From an uncultured delta proteobacterium (lineage in GTDB: Bacteria > Desulfobacterota > Zymogenia > Zymogenales > Zymogenaceae): a DNA stretch of 64,000 bases. Positions 1 to 10,432 of the stretch are shown here, one piece after another. Position numbers and translations under genes: made by a program. Below the pieces are notes generated by a model. The model did no database searches. It saw nothing but the letters and a program-made list of their open reading frames with translations, and was not told the DNA's origin. The stretch spans positions 608,001 to 672,000 of the forward strand of contig CAVTLK010000005.1 of NCBI GenBank assembly GCA_963735595.1, in the 5' to 3' direction. How positions within the stretch are numbered: position 1 is the stretch's first letter; each line of letters starts with the position of its first letter.

Positions 1-116
1 CCCTGACGGGTCCTCACGGATGCATGAATGCCGTGGTATTCGGGCCCAGGCGGCTTCGTCAACACACAGGACCCGGCGGCGGCCGGAAAAACGCTGAATA
101 TAGGAAGGGGTATCTC

Positions 117-849
117 ATGAAAGGCGTTATCCTCGCCGGCGGTCTCGGAACCAGGCTCTTTCCCCTGACCAGGGTCACCAACAAGCATCTCCTGCCCATC
201 TATAACAAGCCGATGATCTTCTACCCGATCCAGGCCCTCGTAAACGCCGGGATTTCGGACATCCTGGTCGTCACCGGCGGCAACAGCGCCGGCGACTTCC
301 TCAAGCTCCTGCGCAACGGCACCGATTTCGGCCTCAAGCGCCTCAACTACGCTTACCAGGAGGGAGAGGGGGGGATCGCCGACGCCCTGGCGTTGGCGGG
401 GCACTTCGCCGAGGGTGAGAAGATATGCGTTATCCTCGGCGATAATATAATCGAAAAGAGCATCGCGGCCCAGGTGGCCGAATACGAGAAGCAGAAGGAA
501 GGCGCCCGTATTCTCCTCAAGAAGGTCCCGGACCCCCAGCGTTTCGGCGTGCCGGTGTTTGACGGGAGACAAGATCGTTACGATCGAGGAAAAGCCGACA
601 GACCCGAAATCGAACTTCGCCGTCATCGGCATCTACATGTACGATTCGAGGGTATTTGATATCATATCGGGCCTCTCGCCGTCCGACCGGGGAGAGCTTG
701 AGATTACCGATGTGAACAATAAGTATATCGAATGGGGGACGCTCAGCTGGGGTGAAATTACCGGCTGGTGGACCGACGCCGGGACGTTTGATTCCCTGCT
801 TTCGGCGGGGAGCCTCGTGGCCAAGACCGGCGCCAATTTGACGGACTAA
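117..849 (+). CDS. rmlA: Glucose-1-phosphate thymidylyltransferase, split by a +1 frameshift near 565 (probable sequencing error)
   Basis: MKGVILAGGLGTRLFPLT..NKHLLPIYNKPMIFYP in ORF 24..659; IEEKP..SDRGELEITDVN..WWTDAGT in ORF 559..849; junction gacgggagac has one extra base. Confidence 0.93.
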
Positions 850-874
850 AATCAGTTTAGGTCAGGGCGGACAG

Positions 875-1330
875 ATGATAGACGGGGTCATAATCAAGGA
901 GCTGAAAGTCATCCCCGATGAGCGGGGCCGGCTTATGGAGATCCTGCGATCCGACGAGGAGACGTTCGACCGGTTCGGCCAGGTCTACATGACCACGGCA
1001 TATCCGGGGGTTGTCAAGGGATGGCACTACCACAAGATCCAGACCGATAATATGGTCGTCGTCTCCGGGATGATGAAGCTGGTGCTCTATGACGGGCGGG
1101 AACAGAGCCCCACGAAAGGCGAGGTCATGGAAATTTTTTTCGGGGAGAACCGCCCGTGTCTCGTGACGATACCGCCGATGATCTACCACGGGTTCAAATG
1201 CATCTCCGTGAAGGAGGCAATCGTCATAAACGTCCCCACGGAGGTCTATAACCGCACGCAGCCCGACGAATACCGGGTTCACCCCCACGACAACGACATC
1301 CCCTATCAGTGGGAGCGAAAGGACGGGTAA
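875..1330 (+). CDS. rmlC: dTDP-4-dehydrorhamnose 3,5-epimerase family (cupin)
   Basis: DERGRLME, VVKGWHYH, IPPMIYHGF motifs; rml operon context. Confidence 0.9.
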   Translation: MIDGVIIKELKVIPDERGRLMEILRSDEETFDRFGQVYMTTAYPGVVKGWHYHKIQTDNMVVVSGMMKLVLYDGREQSPTKGEVMEIFFGENRPCLVTIPPMIYHGFKCISVKEAIVINVPTEVYNRTQPDEYRVHPHDNDIPYQWERKDG

Positions 1331-1521
1331 TCGCCCCGAGAAATCTTCGCCCTCACGGGTGCCTATCGGGAGAGAGATCGGGTCGGCGGGGTGGCCCGGA
1401 TTACGATTTGTGGACCGCGTATGCCCCGCCCGTACGTTGTTATGATCCTATCATCCCGGACGTGTGACGCAATTGAAAGGCACCCGGGTAATCGTCTGAC
1501 CCGATTTTGTGAGACCGTTAC

Positions 1522-2533
1522 ATGAGACTACTGGTTACCGGAGGGGCCGGGTTCATCGGCTCCAATTTTATCCTCTATCTCCTCAAGAATGACCCCGACG
1601 TTACCGTCGTAAACCTGGATGTCCCTGACGTACGCCGGCAATCTCGAAAACCTCACGGCCGTGGAGAAGGATCCCCGCTATACCTTTGTCAAGGGCGACA
1701 TAGCCGACACCCGGGCCGTCGGCACGGCAATGGACATGGGGATAACCGCGGTGGTCAACTTTGCCGCCGAGTCCCACGTAGACCGCTCGATCATGGACCC
1801 CGACGCCTTTATCAGGACCAACGTCCTGGGCACCAACGTGTTATTGACGGCGGCGCGGGATCACAAGGTCGAGCGATTCATCCAGATATCCACCGACGAG
1901 GTCTACGGATCGCTGGGCCCCACGGGGCTCTTTACCGAGGATTCGCCCCTCAAGCCGACGAGCCCCTATTCGGCCAGCAAGACGGCGGCCGACCTTCTGG
2001 CCCTGGCCTATCACAAGACCTTCGGGCTTGCCGTTTCGGTGACCCGCTGTTCGAATAACTACGGGCCGTACCAGTTCCCGGAAAAGCTCATCCCGCTGTT
2101 TGTCACAAACGCCGTGGAAGATAAGAGCCTTCCCATATACGGCGACGGCAAAAATATCCGGGACTGGATATACGTGGAGGATCATTCCCGCGCCATCGAG
2201 ACCGTGCTGCGGGAGGGGAAACCGGGAGAGGTCTACAACGTCGGCGGCAACAACGAGCGGACAAATATCGAGATCACCGACTACATCCTGAAGGCGCTGG
2301 GAAAACCCGATTCCCTCAAGCGGTACGTTACCGACCGTCCCGGCCACGACCGGCGCTACGCGATCGACTCAACGAAGATCAAGCGGGAGCTCGGTTGGGC
2401 GCCCGGCTTTTCATTCGAGCAGGCCATGGCCGAGACCGTCGACTGGTACGTGAAAAACCGCCCCTGGTGGGAGGCCATCAAGAGCGGCAGGTACCAGGAC
2501 TATTACCGCAAACACTACGGAACACTGGAGTAG
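1522..2533 (+). CDS. rmlB: dTDP-glucose 4,6-dehydratase, +1 frameshift near 1622
   Basis: LVTGGAGFIGSNF, then LTYAGNLENL, AAESHVDRSI, STDEVYG, YSASK, DRPGHDRRY. Confidence 0.95.
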
Positions 2534-2538
2534 GGCGC

Positions 2539-3402
2539 GTGAACATCCTCATCCTCGGCGGCAGGGGAATGCTGGGCCGCGACCTGGAAGCGGTCCTTCT
2601 CGGCCGGCCCGACCGACACCGGGTAACCGTGTGGGATATCGAGGATATCGATATAACCGATGCCCGGGCCGTCCACGAGGCGCTTGGGCGCGATCGTTTC
2701 GAAGTGGTGATCAACTGCGCGGCGTATACGGCGGTCGATAACGCCGAGAAGGAAAAAGAGGCGGCGCTGGCAGTCAACGCCACGGGCGCCCGGAACGTCG
2801 CTGCGGGGGCCCGGGCTGCGCAAAGCCGGAGCGTCCTGCTCTCGACCGACTACGTCTTCGACGGCTCGGGAGGGCGGCCGTATCGGGAGGACGACGAGCC
2901 GTGCCCTGTCAACTACTACGGATATACGAAGCTGGTGGGCGAGCGGCTTGCCCGGGAAGCTGATCCCGATTGCCTGATCGTCCGCACGCAGTGGCTCTAT
3001 GGGGCAGGCGGGAAAAATTTCGTCGAGACAATGCTGAAGCTTGCCGAGACCAGGAAGACCCTCTCGGTAGTGGACGATCAGCGCGGCAGCCCTACCTGGA
3101 CCGTCGATCTCGCCGGGGCAACCGCGGCGCTGGTGGAACGAAAGCTCCGGGGTATCTATCACGTGAGCAACGCCGGCCAGACCACCTGGTGCGGCTTTGC
3201 CCGAAGGATCTTTGAGACGGCGCAGCGGGACGTGGAGGTCCTCCCGATTACGGCGGCGGAGTTCAACGCGCCGGCCGCGAGGCCGAATAACTCCGTTTTT
3301 GATATGGCCAAGCTGATCAGGGATACCGGGCATACTCCCCGGGATTGGACGGAGGCGCTGCGGGATTACCTGGCGACACGGCACGAGCACGGGGGCCGAT
3401 AG
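2539..3402 (+). CDS. rmlD: dTDP-4-dehydrorhamnose reductase
   Basis: GTG start; GGRGMLG, NCAAYTAVD, STDYVFDG, YGYTKL, VVDDQRGSPT. Confidence 0.95.
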   Translation: MNILILGGRGMLGRDLEAVLLGRPDRHRVTVWDIEDIDITDARAVHEALGRDRFEVVINCAAYTAVDNAEKEKEAALAVNATGARNVAAGARAAQSRSVLLSTDYVFDGSGGRPYREDDEPCPVNYYGYTKLVGERLAREADPDCLIVRTQWLYGAGGKNFVETMLKLAETRKTLSVVDDQRGSPTWTVDLAGATAALVERKLRGIYHVSNAGQTTWCGFARRIFETAQRDVEVLPITAAEFNAPAARPNNSVFDMAKLIRDTGHTPRDWTEALRDYLATRHEHGGR

Positions 3403-3446
3403 AAACGATAGGAACGAAAGGAACCGAGGCGGGCGGATTGTTGTCT

Positions 3447-4145
3447 ATGAACAAAGATAGGAGCGAGATCAAGAAGAGCCACGTCCGGGAATTTATCGAA
3501 TCGCGTTGTTTTTGCCCTCATGATGGCCCTGGTCGTGATGACGTTTATCGTCCAGTCGTTCGAGATACCGTCCGGATCGATGATCCCGACGCTTCTCCTG
3601 GGCGACCGGATACTCGTCAATAAGTTCATCTTCGGGACGAGGGTCCCCTTTACCGGCTGTCAAGCTTTTCCCCCTGAGGGAGCCGGCGCGGGGCGAGATC
3701 GTCGTTTTCCTGCCCCCACGGAACTTTGTATCCCCGGTGGGGCGGGACGTTCACCTGATCAAGCGGGTGATCGGCCTGCCGGGGGATACGGTGGAGATCG
3801 TGGAAAAGCGCCTGTATGTCAATGGGAGCGAGTTTTCGGTACCCAACGCCCACTGGGACGATCCGGGCGTTATGGAGGGCTGGTCGTCGGTACGGGATAA
3901 TTTCGGCCCCGTCGTCGTCCCGCCGGGTTCTTACTTCATGATGGGAGATAACCGGGACAACAGCTACGATTCCCGATTCTGGGGGTTCGTTCTCGAGGCC
4001 GAGACTTACCGGAAAACCGATCATGATTTATTGGTCCTGGGATATCACCGCCCCTTCCCTCCTGGAGCGGGTCCGCGCCATCCGATGGGAGAGGATCGGT
4101 GACATCTTCCATCGGGACGGACGAGGTCGGCCGGGTAATCACTAA
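3447..4145 (+). CDS. lepB: Signal peptidase I paralogue 1, broken by three frameshifts (~3503, ~3658, ~4004)
   Basis: IPSGSMIPTL (catalytic Ser), LIKRVIGLPGD (catalytic Lys), MGDNRDNSYDSRFWG, IYWSWD across successive frames. Confidence 0.88.
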
Positions 4146-4173
4146 CCCTTGTCTTATCGTACAGGATTGACCT

Positions 4174-4830
4174 ATGACAAACAATAAAGAGCGACGCACC
4201 AGACCCAATGCAACCCGCGAGTATATCGAGGCCATCATTTTTGCGCTGATCCTTGCCCTGATCATCAAGACCTTCTTCGTCCAGGCCTTCAAGATCCCGT
4301 CCGGCTCGATGATCCCGACGCTTTTAAAGGGCGACCAGATCCTCGTCAATAAATTCATTTACGGAACGCGGGTACCCCTGTCGGACGTGAAGGTCCTGAC
4401 AGTCCGGGAGCCGCGGCGGGGGGATATCGTCGTCTTCGAATACCCGGAGGACAGGGGCATCCATTACATCAAGCGGCTCATCGGGCTTCCCGGCGATACC
4501 ATCGAGGTCATTAATAAGGCCGTCTTCGTAAACGGGGAACCATTTGCCGTGCCCCCGGCCCAATACGAGGACCCCGAGACGCTCCCCTCGGCGATCTCGG
4601 TGCGGGATAACTTCGGGCCGGTGGTCGTCCCCCCCCATTCATACTTTATGATGGGCGACAACCGGGACAACAGCAGGGACTCCCGCTTCTGGGGATTCGT
4701 CGATAACGCGGAGCTCGTCGGCAACGCCGTGGTGATCTACTGGTCGTGGGACATCTCATCGGGGGGGCTGGCCGAGAAGATCAAGAACGTCCGCTGGGGG
4801 AGGCTCGGCATGGTACTGCTCAATAAGTAG
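4174..4830 (+). CDS. lepB: Signal peptidase I paralogue 2 (intact)
   Basis: TM segment, IPSGSMIPTL, YIKRLIGLPGD, MGDNRDNSRDSRFWG. Confidence 0.96.
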   Translation: MTNNKERRTRPNATREYIEAIIFALILALIIKTFFVQAFKIPSGSMIPTLLKGDQILVNKFIYGTRVPLSDVKVLTVREPRRGDIVVFEYPEDRGIHYIKRLIGLPGDTIEVINKAVFVNGEPFAVPPAQYEDPETLPSAISVRDNFGPVVVPPHSYFMMGDNRDNSRDSRFWGFVDNAELVGNAVVIYWSWDISSGGLAEKIKNVRWGRLGMVLLNK

Positions 4831-4838
4831 GGACGTTG

Positions 4839-5380
4839 ATGAAACGGAACGCCCCCCTGGTTATCCTCCTTTCGGCCCTTACCATCATCTCTCTGGCCTA
4901 TTTCGCGCTATTTGCCAACGTAAAAATTGAATCGCCGGCGATGGAGCCGGCGATTGACGCCGGTGACTACCTGCTGGTCCGGCGCACCGCCTACGGCCTG
5001 AGGCTGCCGTTTATCGGCGAGGTCGTGCGCATGGGCCGGCCCGCGCGGGGCGATATCGTCTTGATCAAAAAAAGGCGCGAAGGGCTACGAGACATATCAC
5101 CGCGGTGCTCAGGGTCGTGGGTTTGCCGGGGGAGGTGATCTCGATTACCGATAAAGAGGTCTGGATAGACGGGGAGCGGCTTCCCGAGGGCTATGTGGCC
5201 TTTTCGGACGACCGTGTCTACCCCGAGGCTCTGTCGGCCCGGGACAATATGACGGCCATTGTCGTGCCGGACGACGCCTTTTTTGTGATGGGAGACCGGC
5301 GTGACAGTACGACCGACAGCCGCTTTTTCGGGGCGGTGGCCGGGGACGAGATCATGGGGAAGGTCGTGCTGGTCTTATGA
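4839..5380 (+). CDS. Signal peptidase I-like paralogue 3 lacking catalytic Ser and Lys; frameshift at ~5070-5095
   Basis: KIESPAMEPAI aligns to KIPSGSMIPTL; AVLRVVGLPGE aligns to YIKRLIGLPGD; MGDRRDSTTDSRFFG box E retained. Confidence 0.85.
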
Positions 5381-5411
5381 TACGGCCGGGTAGTAAGGGA
5401 CCATCACCCCG

Positions 5412-6873
5412 CTAATCCGGGCATCCAGGATGTGAGGACAACCCGGCGCGCCGCGGCAAGGGCGAACGGTCGATGGCCGCCCGGGCATACCGGATAATTC
5501 CCCCGATTGTTACTATTTCGAGCCTTTCCACGAACGATCTCATTTGAAGCTCGATCAATGCCCGCGAGTACAAGAACCGACGGAACCATCGATAGAGCCT
5601 GCCGGTAACGCCGGTCTGTCTTTGGTGCAGCGGACGGCCGTTGACCGCCGCCTCAAAACAGGTCTTGAGCAGGGCGAAGCTGCGTTGCTCGCGCGGTTTG
5701 GACCATACCCGGGCGGCCCATCGGCGATACTGCCGTGGAAGGCCAAACGGAGTGATCGGGAATATACCCATCGGAGAGGAGAGGAATCTCCGACGGATAA
5801 CGGTCTGGGCAAACAGGAAGAAGTGGAGGATCGGGTCGTACGGCCAATGATGAGAACGGAGTTCTCCGGTAACCGAGGCGAAATCGATAAGCGCCGAGCC
5901 TCCGTCCTCATCGACCAGGATATTCCATTGCCCGACGTCATTGTGGTAGAGGCCGACCCGTTCCAGGGCATACAGGCGTTCCAGCACGTCGCGAAGCACC
6001 AATGCGGGATTATAGTCTATCTCCTGCAGTACGGCCGTCGTGAGAAGAATCCCCGGGAGGCGTTCCATCACGAGGACGCCGTCATAGCCGCCGATATGGT
6101 ACCCGATGAGACGGGGTATGGATGCGTCCTCGATCGGCGGTTCCGACAGGAACGAGATCTCCCGCTCTATTTCGCGACGGTTGTCTTGTGCCGCCGAACC
6201 GCAAAAACAGTAGCTCTTGACAATCGTATCGGCACAGAAGAAGTACCGCCGCGTGCCCCGACGAAATCGCCCCGTTATCTCGCTGGAATGGGATGTCCAC
6301 GAGTCAAACGCGCCCAGGTGGCCGCCGGCGTACCAGTACCGGTTGCTGCAAAACAGGAGAACCCGGCGCCCGGGCGTGCCGCCGTCGTTAGATTCCGAGA
6401 CCGTGTGGACAAACGCAAAGCTACTCCGCAGGCGTTTGAGTTCGTCGGGGAGTTCGTCACGCTGTCGCGCGGTACGACCGTCCCATACCGTTTCAAACAA
6501 CAAAACTCCGACCCTTTTTGCGCACCCGTGTGCGGCATCCAGCAGCGCCGTCTCGCACGCGCCCGTCCTCGCCCTGACGGGGGACGGAGCAGAGCACCAG
6601 GTCGCAGCTATCGGGCCAGACCGAGGCCGATCCAGGGTCCATAATAAAATGTGGGAAGTGCTGCCGGTGTGGGCTGTGACCAAGATCGATCACCTTCACC
6701 GGGCGCCGCAGGTAGCCCCACAGGGCCGCGTAAACGGCCCGGACGGCGGGCCGGCCGTCGGCAGCTATCGGGCTGGGGGTATCATCCTGAGTTGACGGCG
6801 CAAAATCCGAAGGATCGATCCAGAGCGGAGCCGAATTGATATCGAGGGCCGTGTTATCGTATGGGTTGGTCAT
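5412..6873 (-). CDS. WbdD-like degenerate methyltransferase/kinase fusion, frameshift at G run ~6580
   Basis: Kinase motifs LVMERLPG, YHNDVGQWNILVD, LIDFAS plus RRYFF and WP..PFGLP...W segments resembling E. coli O9a WbdD (recalled); N-terminal RRPVKVIDLG. Confidence 0.75.
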
Positions 6874-7266
6874 AAGGTATGCGGTTCAAATCCGGATCGG
6901 GTTCCCGGTAACGATCCGGTAGCAATTCCGAGCCGCCGTATTGCGCCACCAGACGCCGGGTGAATAATTTATCGACGATTTCGACCTCAGTCGCCAGGAA
7001 GCCGTACGCATTGAGCATATATATAATGAATCAGCATAAAAGCGGATAATAGTTTATAGTAATCGTCCGGTCAAGGAAAAAGGCGGCCATTCTTCCGTCA
7101 GACGCCGGACGTGACGGTTTCTCATTGACAGTCCGTCGGGAAAAATGCTACAAAACAGCTACGGATAGCTTCGTAACCGGGGTAAATCGGCACGTAAGCG
7201 TCCGGGCGCGGTTGCACCTTTCCATGCGTCAGGCATCCAACCATCATCCACGGCAAGGAGCGTCCC

Positions 7267-8277
7267 ATGCCTATACCCGATCAACTGAAGGACTATGCGG
7301 CCAGGCTCGGATTTCCCACCTCCGAGACAATGGGTGCAATCCTTTCCATCCTCTTTCACGACGAGCCGTCCCGTTTGCTTGCCGCCGCCATGCCCGGCAC
7401 GGCGGCAGAGCTGGCCCAAAAGACCGGCATCCCGCAGGACCGCGCGGAGGCGATGCTGGCTGACCTCACGCGCAAGGGTGTGGTCAATCACGTTATCAGG
7501 AAAGGGAGCTACCGCCTCTTTCCGGCCATGATCGAGCTTCGGGACGCTACCGTCATGATCGACGATCACCCGAAAGAGCTCATCCTGCTATGGGAAAAGC
7601 TCGTCCGTCAGGAGTTGCCCGCGCTCGTGCCCGCCTTCAGACAGCTCAAGGTTCCGCCGATGCTCAGGGCGGTGCCCATCGAGGAGACGGTCAATCCCAG
7701 GGGTGCGGTGCTGGATGTCGATTCGGCAAGGCGGATCTTTACCGAGGCCGCGCTGATCACGGCGGTCCCCTGCCCCTGCCGGACCCAGGCAAAGGCGGTC
7801 GGCAGGTCTCCGGACTGCCCGGCGCCGGAAACGTCAGTCTGTATGCAGACCAACGGGTTTGCCGAGGCGGTCATCGATCGCGGGGTGGGCGAGCGGCTTA
7901 CCAGCGCCGAGGCGCTCAGGCGCATCGGCGAGGCCGAGGACGCGGGGCTGGTCCACCTGGTGCGCAATAACGTCAAGGAAGACATGTTCATGTGCAACTG
8001 CTGTTCGTGCTGCTGCACGGGGCTCTTCATGATCAACGAGCTGGGCTACCGGGAGGCCTACGCCCGCTCGCGGTTCGTGGTGAAATACGACGAGGATTCC
8101 TGCACCGGGTGCGGTTTGTGCGAGGACCGCTGCCAGCTTCACGCGATCACGATGGACGAGCGGGCCGTCGTTGATATCGACAAGTGCTTCGGGTGCGGCA
8201 ACTGCGCCCTGATCTGCCCGTCCGGGGCGCTGTCGCTCGTGGAGGCGCGGCCGGTGGAGTCTATCAGGAGGACGTGA
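7267..8277 (+). CDS. Cys-rich 4Fe-4S binding protein (N-terminal HTH-like segment, C-terminal 2x[4Fe-4S] ferredoxin)
   Basis: CPCR, MCNCCSCCC, CTGCGLCEDRC, CFGCGNCALICP. Confidence 0.85.
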   Translation: MPIPDQLKDYAARLGFPTSETMGAILSILFHDEPSRLLAAAMPGTAAELAQKTGIPQDRAEAMLADLTRKGVVNHVIRKGSYRLFPAMIELRDATVMIDDHPKELILLWEKLVRQELPALVPAFRQLKVPPMLRAVPIEETVNPRGAVLDVDSARRIFTEAALITAVPCPCRTQAKAVGRSPDCPAPETSVCMQTNGFAEAVIDRGVGERLTSAEALRRIGEAEDAGLVHLVRNNVKEDMFMCNCCSCCCTGLFMINELGYREAYARSRFVVKYDEDSCTGCGLCEDRCQLHAITMDERAVVDIDKCFGCGNCALICPSGALSLVEARPVESIRRT

Positions 8278-8439
8278 GGCTTACGCCGGCCATCCGAACC
8301 GTCCCGAACCGCCGTACGGAAGGATTTGCCTCGAATCCTCACCGGCGGGAGCTTAAAAAAAGGGTCGAAAAATCCATTGACATCCGGGGCGGAAAATGAT
8401 ACTTAATTAAAAGATATCATTTATACGGGGGAATAAGGA

Positions 8440-8817
8440 ATGGGCGGTTTCATGAGATCGCTCGGCAATGAACGGGGGAAAAGCAAATTAGCCACACTCC
8501 TTATCCTTGCCATTATCGTGTTCGTTTTTTATTCCGCTATCCAATTTGTCCCGCCCGTTGTCGACTATCTCAAGATGAAAAACATCGCCTATGATACCAT
8601 GAACTCGGTCGGCAAAAAGGGTAACGACGCCATCCTGGACCGGGTCTTCAGCATGGCCAGGAAGTCCGGTATCGAGGTTAACCCGGAAAACGTAACCGTT
8701 CAGCAGGAGGAAGGGGGGCCGGCGACGCTGGTGATCGACTACTCGGAGACGGTGGTAATAATCAAGGATAAGCTCGAAAAGACCCTCAATTTTCATATCG
8801 AGGAGACGGCGCGATAG
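8440..8817 (+). CDS. DUF4845-like single-pass membrane protein
   Basis: NERG followed by hydrophobic helix ending VPP..DY, small soluble domain ending LNF. Confidence 0.55.
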   Translation: MGGFMRSLGNERGKSKLATLLILAIIVFVFYSAIQFVPPVVDYLKMKNIAYDTMNSVGKKGNDAILDRVFSMARKSGIEVNPENVTVQQEEGGPATLVIDYSETVVIIKDKLEKTLNFHIEETAR

Positions 8818-8849
8818 AATCCCATCGTCTTCTTACCGCGTGAAAACCC

Positions 8850-8875
8850 AGCCTCCCTCAAGGGAGGCTTTTTTT
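8850..8875 (+). terminator. Intrinsic terminator-like hairpin immediately upstream of pyrR
   Basis: agcctccct-ca-agggaggct followed by a T run. Confidence 0.75.
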
Positions 8876-8886
8876 CAGGGGACGAC

Positions 8887-9438
8887 ATGGAAACAACCGA
8901 AAACAGAAGGATGCTTCTCTCTCCCCAGGAGATCGATCGGATACTGAACCGGCTGGCCTCCGAGATCCTGGAGAAATATCCTGACCTCTCCACCCTGGTT
9001 CTTATCGGGATGAGAACCGGCGGAATACTGCTTGCCCGAATACTTCAGGACAAGATCAGGGCAGGCGAGGGGATAGAGCTGCCGATCGGGGTTCTGGACA
9101 TAACCCTCTATCGGGACGATATCACGACCACCAACCAGCACCACTTTGTTCGGAAGACGGAGATCCCCTTTTCGCTGGGCGGAAAGGACGTCGTGCTTGT
9201 GGATGATGTCCTGTTTACCGGAAGATCCACACGGGCGGCGCTGGACGCGATGATGGATCACGGCAGACCCAAGACGGTCCGCCTGGCGGTCCTGATTGAC
9301 CGCGGCCAGCGTGAGCTGCCCATCAGGCCCGATTTCGTCGGTAAAGACGTGACGGTACTCCCGGACGAGACGGTCGAGGTCCTGTTCGACGAAAAGGGGG
9401 TGCTGCTGGGGGCGGTGGTCGAAAAACGCAAGCAATAA
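8887..9438 (+). CDS. pyrR: Bifunctional pyr regulator / uracil phosphoribosyltransferase
   Basis: LDITLYRDD, VLVDDVLFTGRS, DRGQRELPIRPDFVG. Confidence 0.95.
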   Translation: METTENRRMLLSPQEIDRILNRLASEILEKYPDLSTLVLIGMRTGGILLARILQDKIRAGEGIELPIGVLDITLYRDDITTTNQHHFVRKTEIPFSLGGKDVVLVDDVLFTGRSTRAALDAMMDHGRPKTVRLAVLIDRGQRELPIRPDFVGKDVTVLPDETVEVLFDEKGVLLGAVVEKRKQ

Positions 9439-9456
9439 TACCTCGGGGAAACCATA

Positions 9457-10432
9457 ATGCCAGAAACCACTACGCACGCCGCCAAGGAGATCTCCTGGGA
9501 TAGAAAGGACCTCCTGGATATCAAGAGCCTGTCCAGCGAAGAGATCGAGCTGATCCTTAACACCGCCGAATCCTTCAAAGAGATCTCCGAGCGGGATATC
9601 AAAAAGGTCCCGACACTCAGGGGTAAAACCGTCATCACCCTTTTTTATGAAGCCAGCACCCGCACGCGCGTCTCTTTCGAGATCGCGGGAAAGCGCCTCT
9701 CGGCCGATACCGTAAATATCTCAACCTCCACGTCGAGCGTCCAGAAAGGGGAAACCCTGATAGACATGGCCAAGAACCTCGAGGCGATGGCGCCGGACGC
9801 CATTATTATGCGCCACAATGTCCCGGGAGCGCCCTATATCCTCGCCTCCCGGCTGTGCGTCCTCGATCATCAACGCGGGCGACGGCGCCCACGAGCACCC
9901 CACCCAGGCCCTGCTGGATGCCTTTACCATTCGAGAGAAGAAGGGGAAATTCAAGAAGCTCAGGGTCTCACTGATCGGCGATATCGCCCACAGCCGCGTG
10001 GCGCGTTCGAATATTTATTGCCTGACCAAACTCGGGGCTGAGGTCACCGTCTCCGGGCCGGGCACGATGCTGCCGCGGGAAGTCGAGCGGCTCGGGGTAA
10101 GGGTAGCCTCCACCATCAGGGAGGCGGTGCGGGACGCCGACGTGGTCATGATGCTTCGCATACAGAAAGAGCGGATGGGTAAGGTGCTCTTCCCCTCGGT
10201 CCGTGACTATTCCCGATTTTTCGGATTGACTACCGACATCATGCGAGAGGCGCGTGATGACGCCATCGTCATGCACCCCGGGCCGATTAACCGGGGAGTC
10301 GAGATAAGCTCGGAGGTGGCCGACGGCCCCTATTCGGTCATACTGGACCAGGTGACAAACGGCGTTGCCGTGCGCATGGCAATACTGTACCTGCTGTTGG
10401 GCAGAGGAGGCGGTTATGAAGATGCTCATTGA
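9457..10432 (+). CDS. pyrB: Aspartate carbamoyltransferase catalytic subunit, frameshift near 9856
   Basis: [41 protein letters not shown]. Confidence 0.95.

Noticed and set aside
1376..1506. Imperfect long-range inverted repeat between rmlC and rmlB, considered as 6S or another ncRNA
   Set aside because: Only the outer stem pairs convincingly; too short and no recognisable conserved motif
6854..7018. 54-codon minus-strand ORF upstream of the WbdD-like gene
   Set aside because: No motif or clear SD; cannot separate from chance or a further frameshifted piece
9840..9870. Programmed frameshifting in pyrB or the other split genes
   Set aside because: No slippery heptamer or stimulatory structure; positional clustering favours sequencing error
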